Positions 39,460 through 49,024 of a stretch of 64,000 nt of DNA are shown here, one piece after another. Every line of letters begins with the position of its first letter. The stretch's first letter is position 1. The notes below the pieces were generated by a model. The model made no database searches. It was not told the origin of the DNA and saw only the letters and a program-made list of their open reading frames with translations. The position numbers were made by a program, and so were the translations under genes. Source of the DNA: a bacterium (GTDB lineage Bacteria; UBA8248; JACPRG01; G963555815); contig OZ244653.1 in the NCBI GenBank assembly GCA_965218795.1, forward strand, positions 1,120,001 through 1,184,000. The letters run 5' to 3'.

Positions 39460-40592
39460 GCGCCTCTCCTGAGCAACTTCTCCTCCAGAGGCGCGATGTT
39501 TCGTGGCGCGATGTTCAGATGGTCGGCGAGTTGTGCCTCATCAATACGGTTGGCGTAGTATTGCCTGAAGGCCAGCCCGATGTAGCGCGGCCCAAGATAT
39601 GCGATCTGGTTGTTATAGTAATCGCCCCCTTTCCCAGTCTTTTTTTCGCCGGCAAAAGCCGCAGCGCCACTCTCATACTCCGTCTGGTCGATAAGGCCGC
39701 GGTCCAGAAAGATCCTGTAAATGACTTCACGGCTGACGTGGAACCGGCTGGCCAGCATCGCCGCGGTTTCCCGGCTGGCTTCAAGCCCTGCGAACTCACC
39801 CGAGAAGGCGTCGGCGGGGACGAGAAGCTGCGCCGCGAAGCGGTTGCACAGGATTTCGATCCTTTTGGCATCGCCATCTAGGGCATGTATGTGGTCGTCG
39901 CGAAACTTGTCTACACCACTGGTGTGGTACAGCAAGTGCGCCAGCTCATGAAATAGTGTGAAAATTTGCCGCGTCTTGGCCGTGCTATTGTTGGCATAGA
40001 TGATCGGGAATTCATCATCATATAGACAGAACCCTGAATAAGTTTCATCTCGGAAAGCATCCTTGAAGACGAAAACGCCGACATCGTTCAGCCTGTAACG
40101 CCAGTTTTCAAGCGCCTTATCTTCGCTCTCCCAGCCAATTTGCTGCTCAAGCGTGATGCTGAGATAATCGCGCACTCGCGATGCCATGTCCGCAATCGGC
40201 ACATCGACAGGGAATGACAAGTCGCGCGTGATGAGCCGGTCCTCAGGATTCTTCCCGTCATTCAGTTCAGCTAGGCTGAACTGGAACGCCCTGGCCTTAC
40301 GCAGCAGGAACCGCACCCGCCTCGAAATCTGCTCGAATTGCGGCTCCGGCATGGTACGGAAGGATTTGCTGAGCGGCTCCAGATCCGGCGGCTCGGGAAA
40401 GAAAAACACTGCGATCGGCGTTTTGAACCTATCCGCAAGTTTTTCAAGCTGGGGGTATGACGGAAATGATTCACCCAGCTCCCAGGCCTCAATGTCCCTG
40501 AAGTCCGCCCGCGCTTCATCCAACGTATATCCCGCCCTAACCCTAGCCCAGGTGAGGACTGCGGGCGTTATTGGGATTTGCTCTCTACTCAT
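39456..40592 (-). CDS. XRE-HTH fused ImmA/IrrE-family Zn metallopeptidase
   Basis: 'LTWARVRAG..WELGESFPSYPQL' HTH; 'RQIFTLFHELAH', 'E..CNRFAA..LVP'; ATGA overlap with the PIN gene; TATAAT upstream on minus strand. Confidence 0.92.
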   Translation of the reverse strand: MSREQIPITPAVLTWARVRAGYTLDEARADFRDIEAWELGESFPSYPQLEKLADRFKTPIAVFFFPEPPDLEPLSKSFRTMPEPQFEQISRRVRFLLRKARAFQFSLAELNDGKNPEDRLITRDLSFPVDVPIADMASRVRDYLSITLEQQIGWESEDKALENWRYRLNDVGVFVFKDAFRDETYSGFCLYDDEFPIIYANNSTAKTRQIFTLFHELAHLLYHTSGVDKFRDDHIHALDGDAKRIEILCNRFAAQLLVPADAFSGEFAGLEASRETAAMLASRFHVSREVIYRIFLDRGLIDQTEYESGAAAFAGEKKTGKGGDYYNNQIAYLGPRYIGLAFRQYYANRIDEAQLADHLNIAPRNIAPLEEKLLRRGA

Positions 40593-40743
40593 ATGCAAAC
40601 ATGCGGGCGCGTCAGCGCAAATCGAGTCATAATATTCATTATAGCCGAGATCGGCCGGATGTCTCTCCGCCAAAGGCGACAGCGGGGCTGGGTGGTCATG
40701 AACCAAGCCGCTGCGTGCGAATAGGAGATGGAGGCGCGGACCT

Positions 40744-40806
40744 TGAGTTGCCCTGTTTTGGTGGACACCTTCAGACTGTGGAAAGAAGGTGTTCCCATGG
40801 CACAGA
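40744..40806 (+). mobile_element. Probable IS3-family left-end remnant
   Basis: TGAGTTGCCCTGTTTTGGTGGACACC (TG...GGACAC pattern of IS3 IRs) followed by gaaggtgttcccATG; no transposase body. Confidence 0.45.
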
Positions 40807-41264
40807 TGTTGATTCAACTCACGATGAAAAGCCTATGGCTGGGCCAGAATACAGTGCGACGGACAGAACGTGAAAGCTCGGACCGGGAGAAGCTGGAGCA
40901 TCCAGGCCAGAGGGGCTTCGGTTACGATATCCGCGACTTGGACATGGACTGCCGGTGAGCGCCCCCATCAGAAGATGATCGTTGCTGTGGTCGACTGCAC
41001 CATGGGCGCGAATCAGGCACCATCATGGGCCTGGACCGGTGGTTCCTGAATGGATGTTGCGGGACACCGGAGCGTAACCGTAAGCAAGCTGTTGCGGCTC
41101 GGACTTTGGAGGTCGGATGTGCAACGGTTTGACAGGGACTCGCCGAGATGCGCAGGCGTTTTAACGAATCCGCTTTCATTTTGATTACAGCCTGTAGAAG
41201 GCTGGTTCCGAATAAGATGGGGAACAATGTATATTTTCCAATAATATCAATAGGATAGCGGAAT

Positions 41265-41299
41265 CTTACGGCTGAAAAGAATGTGCTTACGGCTGAAAA
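41265..41299. repeat. Tandem 14-bp repeat CTTACGGCTGAAAA (21-bp period)
   Basis: 41265-41278 and 41286-41299, in an AT-rich stretch. Confidence 0.8.
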
Positions 41300-41363
41300 A
41301 CAGATCGTGACAGCGCAAGAAACTTCATCGTTTCAGCAATAGCGTTGCCTACGTTCTCTGCCG

Positions 41364-41786
41364 CCTCGACGAGGGAAGACACGTCAAGAACGGCCGGCTG
41401 CTCCTGGAGCGTTATTGCACGACAGAGGAAAAGCAGCGGAGGGTCGTCGAGATCTCAGAAAAGACCTTTGAATCCTTGTGCGGAATCTATGGCGTGGATT
41501 TCTACGGCTCGATCAAGACCGAAAAAGCGAGGTATCCGGAATGATCGAAGTTGCTGCAAAATGGTCTTCAGACCAGCTTTCCAAAAGCCTTTCCTCTTTG
41601 AAACGGATAACACCATCCTCAAAGATTCCCGCGCAGACTCTTAATCAAATCCTGGAAATATCAAAGAAGGCCTCCGATTCAGCGAAAAGAGCCGGAGGTA
41701 AGGCCGTTAACCTCCCAGCAATGGCTGTCAATGCCATACTCGCCTCCGATTTTTCCGAGACAATGGACAAATGGCTGAGGGATGTT
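41364..41786 (+). repeat. 423-bp direct repeat, copy 2 (ferritin-like 3' end + truncated membrane-protein 5' end)
   Basis: Identical by eye to 37600-38022; reading frame ends at 41858. Confidence 0.93.
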
Positions 41787-41962
41787 TTGAAGGGGATGCC
41801 GACGTCGGTGTATTGTATGATTAGGCTTCTTTCCTCACAGGTTGGACAAACTTCTTGACCATTTTATAGAACACAAGATATCGCTTCTGGCGATTACCCC
41901 TTTTCCCCCTTTCCTTTACCATCCCACTGGTTCAAAATTGTGAGGAGTTCTGGAGTTTTTCT

Positions 41963-42055
41963 GGGCGGGTACGGAGCCCCGCCCTACTATTGTTCGAGCA
42001 TGAGGCTTGTTGTTTCGGGTCGATGACCTGGGCAGGTACGGAGTCCCGCTCCTAC
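41963..42055 (-). repeat. Two GTAG-family REP-like elements
   Basis: Minus strand GTAGGGCGGGGCTCCGTACCCGCCC (41963-41987) and GTAGGAGCGGGACTCCGTACCTGCCC (42030-42055). Confidence 0.75.
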
Positions 42056-42108
42056 ATCAAAACGATGTGTTTTCGTTGGAGGGGAAAACGGAGGGGGTAT
42101 CGTACGCC

Positions 42109-42756
42109 ATGCCATTACGTCGCGTTGTGACCTGGATGCTCCTGACACTGGCGCTTTTTGCTTGCGCTGCGGAGAAGGAGGGGCCTTTTCGTCCGGACAC
42201 CTCCCCTGAACACAGGATCTTCCTCTTCTCGAACGGCTGGCACACGAGCATTCTCCTCGCCCGGCCCGATCCGGCCCCCGGACGTATCCCGGAAGCCGCT
42301 GATTTTCCCAAAGCCCGATATCTGGAGTTCGGCTGGGGCGATGCCGAGTACTACCCGGCGGAAAAAGCGACGCTCGGCATGACGCTCAGCGCCGGGCTGC
42401 TCCCTACTCCATCCGTCCTCCACGTCGCCGGTCTCGCCGCCGACCCGGTCCGCCACTACCCGGGCGCCGAGGTCGTCCCCCTTCCGCTTGACGGCGCGGG
42501 AATGCAGCGTCTTGTCGATTTCATCGACGCGAGCTTCAAACGGGACGGAAAGGCCCGGGCGGCCGCAATCGGGCCGGGACTGTACCCTTCAAGCCGATTC
42601 TATCCCGCCGTGGGCCGATTTCACCTTTTCAATACCTGCAACACGTGGACCGCCCGCGCTCTGAAGGCCGCGGGTTTCGATGTGGACCCGGACACGACAA
42701 GGGCCGAGGGTTTGATGCGTCAGGTGCGCCGGGGGCGAACCCCCGCGATCCGATAA
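42109..42756 (+). CDS. DUF2459 family lipoprotein
   Basis: Lipobox LFAC; 'NGWHT', 'EFGWGD..YY', 'YPA.GRFHLFNTCNTWTA'. Confidence 0.85.
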   Translation: MPLRRVVTWMLLTLALFACAAEKEGPFRPDTSPEHRIFLFSNGWHTSILLARPDPAPGRIPEAADFPKARYLEFGWGDAEYYPAEKATLGMTLSAGLLPTPSVLHVAGLAADPVRHYPGAEVVPLPLDGAGMQRLVDFIDASFKRDGKARAAAIGPGLYPSSRFYPAVGRFHLFNTCNTWTARALKAAGFDVDPDTTRAEGLMRQVRRGRTPAIR

Positions 42757-42779
42757 AAGGAATCCACAGAATGCGCAGA

Positions 42780-43098
42780 TCCAGGGGGGCTTTTTTGGAG
42801 GCAACGTGCCTCCGCGTTTTCGTGGTGCCCATCGGCGTTGCAGCCGGGCGGAATCGTGGAATTGAAATCATTCACCCTGATGCCCGGCGAAATCGGTGCA
42901 GGCCCCGCCTGCCCCCCCTGGCCCCCCGGAAAAACTTCATCTCGCGAAGACTGCCCGCGCCGCAGCGCGGGCAGTCTTCGCCGGAGCCATCATTTGCGTT
43001 CATTCCAATTGAGGCGGGCGTTTTATGCCCGCCTCGAGTGGGAAACAAAAGTTTTCGAGGGGGGTCTGGGGGGACAGTTTTCAAAATGTCCCCCCAGA
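42780..43098. repeat. Structured non-coding element, copy 2 (~319 bp)
   Basis: Near-identical to 36618-36954, same orientation, with a ~17-nt linker deletion. Confidence 0.92.
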
Positions 43099-43995
43099 GT
43101 CCTTACCCCAAAGCTGAGGATTTTCTCTGCGGATGGCCGAGAACAGGACGGATGCGGATTTCTTTCCCTGGGGAGTGTCAGGGTCGATGACCATCCGGCA
43201 GGACCGCGTGTAGGACCCGATCACCTGAAGCTCGGAACGGACGCTGTTTCCCCCCTGCCCCGATCTTTCCCAATCCCAGGGCCGGCCTTGGGCGTCCCGG
43301 AACACACGATCGGCCAGACGCCTGTCCACCCGGACGGCCCGCCTGAACCGAAGCGATCTTCTCGAGCCCGTAAACACCCAGAAGCCGTCAAAATGCCCGG
43401 GATCGACACGGCCCCGGAGGACGTGGGCGTTCCGGCCGACGCGGTTCTTCCATCGACCCTTCGGGCTCTCCCGGACTTCTCTCAGAATTTCCTCTATTTC
43501 AAACATCCCGGTCAGAAAGAACCCGCCTTCTTCGTGGACGAACCTCCCTTTCTGGAAAGGAACGAGGCGCGCCAGGAAAAAGAGCAAGTCCCCCGGGCGC
43601 ATCTGCTTGAGGCCGGCGGCCCGAGGGGCGTAGTGGCAAAGGTCCCCGTACGTCAAGTTTTCGAAGTCGGGATCCCGGTGCGCGCGCACATCATGGAAGC
43701 GATCCGGCAGGTACTCGCCAAGGTTGGCGAACCTTCGGTCTTCAAACCTCCGGCTGGCGGGCCTGCGGTCTGCAAATTCTCGGGAGGCGTCCCGGTTGAA
43801 GCAGGGGATATCGGCGTAGCGAGGCACCGGAGGGAACTGGAATTCCTTCCCTTCGGGAATCGGGACCAGCTCGAAGGTTCCGTCCGGAAAAAGCGGGCTT
43901 TGAACGGGATGCGACCGGTTGGCGCCTACATTCGCGAGGAAAATTCGCCCGGTGGGCCTTTGTCCGGGATTTTCGCCGGCCTTGCCCTTCGGCAT
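43081..43995 (-). CDS. Nmad3-like (nucleotide modification-associated domain 3) protein
   Basis: 'SPLFPDGTFELVPIPE', 'H.DPDF', 'TYGD', 'PGDLLFF' motifs. Confidence 0.7.
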   Translation of the reverse strand: MPKGKAGENPGQRPTGRIFLANVGANRSHPVQSPLFPDGTFELVPIPEGKEFQFPPVPRYADIPCFNRDASREFADRRPASRRFEDRRFANLGEYLPDRFHDVRAHRDPDFENLTYGDLCHYAPRAAGLKQMRPGDLLFFLARLVPFQKGRFVHEEGGFFLTGMFEIEEILREVRESPKGRWKNRVGRNAHVLRGRVDPGHFDGFWVFTGSRRSLRFRRAVRVDRRLADRVFRDAQGRPWDWERSGQGGNSVRSELQVIGSYTRSCRMVIDPDTPQGKKSASVLFSAIRRENPQLWGKDSGGTF

Positions 43996-44018
43996 CAGGA
44001 ATCGGCTCTCATGGGGGA

Positions 44019-47000
44019 TCAGAAGCCGGAGGGAACCAGGAACGTCTCTTCCATCTCGGCCTTGTGTTCCTTGAACGCCAGGGCTTCGGGCGGGTTGGGG
44101 AAAACCTTCCAGAAGATCCGGCGGTAATGATCCCAGCGGGTCAGGATATCGAGCGCGTGGCGGCTTCCGGTCAGCTTGCGGTGCCGCTCGATCATTTCCT
44201 TCAGGAAATTTTCGTCCCAGGGATTGGAAAGGTGCTCCAGATTGACCATCTCGGCGTTCAGTCTGTCCGGGAAATGCCCTTCGGCGTCCAGCACATAGGC
44301 CAGGCCGCCGGACATCCCGGCGGCGAAGTTCCGGCCCGTGGACCCGAGAATGACCGCGCGGCCGCCCGTCATGTATTCACAGCCGTGGTCGCCGACGCCT
44401 TCGACAACCGCATCGGCGCCGCTGTTGCGGACGGCGAACCGTTCTCCCGCCCGGCCCGCGGCGAAAAGCTGTCCGCCGGTGGCCCCGTACAGGACGGCGT
44501 TACCGATGATGGAGCTGTCCTGGGACGGATATTTGGAGGCTTCATGCGGATGGAGGGAGATCAGGCCTCCGGCCATGCCCTTTCCGACATAATCATTCGC
44601 CTCGCCCTCGACATGGATTTCGACCCCTTTGGAGAGAAATGCTCCGAGACTCTGACCCGCCGAACCATTGAAGTTCAACTTTATCAAAATATCTTCAATA
44701 CCTTGATTTCCAAATTTTTTAGCGAGCTCACCTGAGATCCTGGTGCCGATGGCCCGGTCCACGTTTCGGATCTGCCGCTCAATCTCAATCGCCTGGCCTT
44801 CGAACGCCGCCCTGCATTCTCCCAGGATACCGTCATCGAAGGAGGCGCCGGGCCGGTCGTTCCGGTCGGCGGTACATTTTCGGTCGAATCGACCCTCGGG
44901 ATCCGGGTCCGCCAGAAAGCGCGAGAAATCAAGCTTGGACAGCTTGGGATTGCCCTCGGGCGGGCTGAACTCGAACAGGTCCGACCGGCCTATCGCCTCA
45001 TCCAGCGACCGGAAGCCCAACGTGCCGAGCAGGGTCCGGACTTCTTTGGCGACTCCCCTCAAGTAGGTGATGACGTCCTCCGGCGAACCCGTGAACTTGG
45101 CCCGCAAATCCCGATTCTGGGTAGCTATCCCTACCGGACAGGTATTCAGGTGGCATTGCCGCGCCATGATGCAGCCCTGGGCCACGAGCGGCGCCGTGCC
45201 GAAGTCATACCCCTCGGCTCCCAACAAGGCCGCGGTCACGACGTCCCGGCCGGTCTTGAGGCCACCGTCCACACGAAGGCGGACCCGGCCGCGAAGCCCG
45301 TTCATGACGAGAGTCTGCTGGGTCTCGGCCAGGCCCAGCTCCCAGGGCGATCCGGCATTCTTGATGGAGGTCCACGGAGAAGCCCCCGTGCCGCCGTCAT
45401 GTCCGCTGATGTGCACCACGTCGGCATACGCCTTGACGACGCCGGCGGCGATGGTGCCCACCCCCGCTTCGGAAACGAGCTTCACGTTCACCAGGGCCCG
45501 GGGATTCGACTGCTTCAGGTCGTAGATCAACTGGGCCAGGTCTTCGATGCTGTAGATGTCGTGATGGGGCGGCGGCGAGATGAGGGTCACGCCCGGCACG
45601 GAGTGACGAATGGCCGCGATATGCGTATCCACTTTGTGTCCGGGAAGCTGGCCGCCTTCGCCGGGCTTGGAGCCCTGGGCCATCTTGATCTGGATTTCAT
45701 CGGCCGCGGCCAAATACGCCGGAGTCACGCCAAACCGGGCCGATGCCACCTGCTTCACCCGGCTGTTGGGCCAGTCCCCGTTTTCGCGGACCCCGAACCT
45801 GTCGGGATCCTCACCGCCCTCGCCGGAATTGCTTCTCCCGCCGATGCGGTTCATGGCGATGGCCAGGGTCTCGTGGGCCTCCGGGCTCAGGGCCCCGAGG
45901 GACATCCCCGCCGTGCCGAATCGCTTCCAGATATCCTCGACGGGCTCGACCTCCTCCAACGGGACCCGGTCGGCCTCACCGGTCTCTCGAAATTTCAACA
46001 GGTCGCGGGGGCCGATGGGCGTCCGCCGGTTGACCAGCTCGGCGAACATGAGATAGGAGGCGTGATCCTTATCGCGAACGGCTTGATGGAGACCTTTGAC
46101 GACGGCCGGGTTGAAGGCATGGTATTCGGCGTGTCTTCGGTACCGGTATGTCCCCCCCTGCTTCAGCTTCGGCTGCCTTTTGTCCTGGAAGGCCTCCCGA
46201 TGACGGGCGAGGACTTCCTCCGCGAGATCGTCGAATCCCACGCCGCCCAGGTGGGAGGGGGTTTCCGGGAAGCAGCGATCCATGACCTCCCCGCCCAAGC
46301 CGATCGCCTCGAAGTTCCGGGCGCCGAAGTAGCTGCTCAGGCAGGAGATCCCCAACTTGGACATCACCTTGAGCAACCCTTTTTCCACCACCCGGATAAA
46401 AGCGTGGATGGCTTCTTCCGAAGAAAGCTCCCCTTTTGCTTTTTCGGCCAGATCCACCACAGCGGACAGGGCAAGGTAGGGATGAACGCTGCTGGCGCCG
46501 CACCCCGTCAACACGGCAAAATGATGGACTTCACGGGGTTCGCCCGAATCCACGACCAGGCTCGCCCTCATCCTGCATCCCTTGCGGATCAGGTGGTTGT
46601 GGACCGCGCTCACGGCCAGCAGCATGGGGATCGGCGCCAGAAGCGGACCGACCCCACGGTCGCTCAGGATCAGGATCGTCTTTCCGGACTGGACGGCGGC
46701 AACGGCCGAATCGCACAGGCTGTCCAGAGCGCGCCGAAGCTCTCCGGGTCCGCCCGCCGAATCGAACAGACAATGGATCGTCTGGGGCTGAAGGTCCGGC
46801 TCGTTCAGTCCGCGCATCGCATGGAGCTCTTCCGCGCGAAGGATCGGCGTGGCCAGGTGAACCTGCCTCGCATGATCCTCGGTCTCCTGAAGGAGGCTTC
46901 GCCGGACGCCCAGGTACCGGCTGAGGGACATCACGACCTTTTCGCGGACCGGGTCGATGGGCGGGTTCGTCACCTGCGCGAACCGCTGCTTGAAGTAGTC

Positions 47001-48572
47001 GTAGACGAGCCGGGGCTGGTCGGACAGGACGGCCAGGGGCGTGTCGTCCCCCATGGAACCGGTCGGCTCCTTCCCCTCGATACCCATCTCTTTGAGAACG
47101 TACGACATCTCCTCCGCGGTGTAGCCAAAAGCCTTCTGGAGGGGCAAATTCGCGTCCGCCGACTCTTCCGTTCCCCGATTCGGGCGAGGCTTCACGTAAT
47201 CCTTCAGTTCGACCATATGCTGCTTGATCCACCGGCCGTACGGCCGGCGAACGAAATAGGGCCTCTTGGCGTCCTGATCGGGGAGAATCTCGCCTTTCGC
47301 GGTATCCACCGAGATGATCTCCCCGGGGTTCAGCTGCCCCTTTCTGAGGACCCGGCTCTCGTCGATCTCGACCAGACCCGTCTCCGACCCCATGACCACC
47401 ACACCGTCGGTCGTGATGGTATACCGGGCGGGGCGGAGGCCGTTCCGGTCGAGGATGGCGCCTACGGTCACTCCATCGGAAAAAGTGATGGCCGCAGGAC
47501 CGTCCCAGGGCTCGCAGAGGCAGGAGTGATAATGGTAAAAGGCGCGGGCTTCGGCGGGCATGTGGGGCATGTTCTCCCACGCCTCGGGGATCAGCATCAT
47601 GACGCCGTGCGTCAGGGCGCGCCCGGATACCTTGAGGACCTCCAGCGCGTTGTCCAGGCTCAGCGAATCGCTCCCCACCTGGCTGACAAGCGGACGCATC
47701 TCTTCGACCGTCTCACGCCACACCGGCGATCGAAGCTCCGGCTCCCGCGAGCTCATCCAGTTCCGGTTCCCCTGGATTGTGTTGATCTCGCCGTTGTGAC
47801 CTAGATAGCGGAACGGCTGGGCGAGCTCCCAGGACGGGAACGTGTTGGTGCTATAACGCTGATGGAACATGGCGATGGCGGTTTCGAATCCCGAATCCTG
47901 AAGGTCCGGGTAGAAACCCGGCAACTGGGATGCCACCATCAACCCTTTGTAAACAATGGTCTTATTTGAAAGGGAAGAAACGTACAGATCGGACAGACCT
48001 TCAGCTTCGACATGCTTCTCGATGGACTTCCGAATGAGGTAGAGCCTGCGCTCGAAGGCGTCCTCCGACATCAGGCCGGGCCTGCTGAGAAGGGCCTGGC
48101 GGATCTCAGGCTGCGATTGGGCCGCCTGTTTTCCCAGCGCGGATGGGTCCACCGGAACTTCCCGCCACCCCAGGAAATCCAGCTGATACTCCTCCACCGC
48201 TTGCTCCGCGATCTCCAAAGAGCGCATCAAACGGGCGGGATTGCGGGGCAAGAAGAACATGCCCACGGCCAGATCGGACGGGTCATGGATGTACTGACCA
48301 AGCCGCTCCACCTCTCGCTCGAACAACTGGAACGGAATCTGCGTCAGAACGCCCGCCCCGTCGCCAGTGCCCGCATCGGCGGCCACCGCACCGCGGTGGG
48401 TTACATTTTCCACACAGGACAGCGCCATCTGGAGGATCCGGTGGGACCGCGCCCCGCTCGAATCCGCTACGAAGCCCACACCGCAGCTGTCATGCTCCAT
48501 CCAGGGCTCATAGAGCAGGTTGGCCAGGGGTCGATGTCCTCTCATTCGAAGGCTGTTCTCCGTGGATCGCAT
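44019..48572 (-). CDS. gltB: Glutamate synthase large subunit (start uncertain: 48545/48572/48605)
   Basis: 'EHDSCGVGF', 'HQRYSTNT', 'HNGEINT', 'WDGPA', 'QGSKPGEGGQLPG', 'SPPPHHDIYSIEDL', 'C...QCHLNTCP'. Confidence 0.98.
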   Translation of the reverse strand: MRSTENSLRMRGHRPLANLLYEPWMEHDSCGVGFVADSSGARSHRILQMALSCVENVTHRGAVAADAGTGDGAGVLTQIPFQLFEREVERLGQYIHDPSDLAVGMFFLPRNPARLMRSLEIAEQAVEEYQLDFLGWREVPVDPSALGKQAAQSQPEIRQALLSRPGLMSEDAFERRLYLIRKSIEKHVEAEGLSDLYVSSLSNKTIVYKGLMVASQLPGFYPDLQDSGFETAIAMFHQRYSTNTFPSWELAQPFRYLGHNGEINTIQGNRNWMSSREPELRSPVWRETVEEMRPLVSQVGSDSLSLDNALEVLKVSGRALTHGVMMLIPEAWENMPHMPAEARAFYHYHSCLCEPWDGPAAITFSDGVTVGAILDRNGLRPARYTITTDGVVVMGSETGLVEIDESRVLRKGQLNPGEIISVDTAKGEILPDQDAKRPYFVRRPYGRWIKQHMVELKDYVKPRPNRGTEESADANLPLQKAFGYTAEEMSYVLKEMGIEGKEPTGSMGDDTPLAVLSDQPRLVYDYFKQRFAQVTNPPIDPVREKVVMSLSRYLGVRRSLLQETEDHARQVHLATPILRAEELHAMRGLNEPDLQPQTIHCLFDSAGGPGELRRALDSLCDSAVAAVQSGKTILILSDRGVGPLLAPIPMLLAVSAVHNHLIRKGCRMRASLVVDSGEPREVHHFAVLTGCGASSVHPYLALSAVVDLAEKAKGELSSEEAIHAFIRVVEKGLLKVMSKLGISCLSSYFGARNFEAIGLGGEVMDRCFPETPSHLGGVGFDDLAEEVLARHREAFQDKRQPKLKQGGTYRYRRHAEYHAFNPAVVKGLHQAVRDKDHASYLMFAELVNRRTPIGPRDLLKFRETGEADRVPLEEVEPVEDIWKRFGTAGMSLGALSPEAHETLAIAMNRIGGRSNSGEGGEDPDRFGVRENGDWPNSRVKQVASARFGVTPAYLAAADEIQIKMAQGSKPGEGGQLPGHKVDTHIAAIRHSVPGVTLISPPPHHDIYSIEDLAQLIYDLKQSNPRALVNVKLVSEAGVGTIAAGVVKAYADVVHISGHDGGTGASPWTSIKNAGSPWELGLAETQQTLVMNGLRGRVRLRVDGGLKTGRDVVTAALLGAEGYDFGTAPLVAQGCIMARQCHLNTCPVGIATQNRDLRAKFTGSPEDVITYLRGVAKEVRTLLGTLGFRSLDEAIGRSDLFEFSPPEGNPKLSKLDFSRFLADPDPEGRFDRKCTADRNDRPGASFDDGILGECRAAFEGQAIEIERQIRNVDRAIGTRISGELAKKFGNQGIEDILIKLNFNGSAGQSLGAFLSKGVEIHVEGEANDYVGKGMAGGLISLHPHEASKYPSQDSSIIGNAVLYGATGGQLFAAGRAGERFAVRNSGADAVVEGVGDHGCEYMTGGRAVILGSTGRNFAAGMSGGLAYVLDAEGHFPDRLNAEMVNLEHLSNPWDENFLKEMIERHRKLTGSRHALDILTRWDHYRRIFWKVFPNPPEALAFKEHKAEMEETFLVPSGF

Positions 48573-48647
48573 CAGTTTCCAATGACCTGAGCTTGATAAA
48601 ATCATGAACCCTATCAGAGAAAATCGGGAGGCCGGAACGGGTCCTGA

Positions 48648-48682
48648 TTTATATAATTTTTACATTCATAAATATAATTTAA
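48648..48682. promoter_or_regulatory. AT-rich gltB upstream region with ATATAATTT repeats (possible regulator site)
   Basis: atataattt at 48651 and 48672 (21-bp period) in an AT island just upstream of gltB. Confidence 0.4.
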
Positions 48683-48694
48683 CTCATTGATTTA

Positions 48695-49024
48695 TCATAT
48701 TTTATTTACATAATTTATCAGCTTATCGAGCGCCTCGCCATTGATGTTGGGGAATTTCGGCATCCGACCGGTTCCCGCCCGGACCCTTTCCCTGACTTGC
48801 TTCGGACCCAAGCCTCTTGCCTTGAGCCGCGGAGCCAAAGCCGTCCCCGCTCCCGACGCCCCGTGACATTTCGCGCAGGCCTCCAAATAGATGATTCGAC
48901 CATCTTCGGATCTTGGCTTGTAGGCATCGACCGGCGTTGGGATCCCCTGAACCAAAGACACAATGAGCACCGTCAGACCGGCTACCGCGACGAGCGACAA
49001 TCCGAGCATCAAACCCGGCTTCAT
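48695..49024 (-). CDS. Membrane-anchored monoheme cytochrome c
   Basis: N-terminal TM, CAKCH, 'GRMP' Met ligand. Confidence 0.9.
   Translation of the reverse strand: MKPGLMLGLSLVAVAGLTVLIVSLVQGIPTPVDAYKPRSEDGRIIYLEACAKCHGASGAGTALAPRLKARGLGPKQVRERVRAGTGRMPKFPNINGEALDKLINYVNKI

Noticed and set aside
40915-40945. 'GYDIR' peptide resembling the integron-integrase motif
   Set aside because: Flanking residues do not match (no HSFATH or ELLGH) and no attC-like sites were recognised
41265-41299. Possible CRISPR mini-array
   Set aside because: Two 14-bp units with a 7-bp gap; no cas genes
45150-47804. Long antisense ORFs (884 aa here; also 23527-25545, 59807-61660, 16054-17499, 5387-6550)
   Set aside because: Shadow frames opposite well-supported genes, expected in GC-rich DNA; no recognisable motifs
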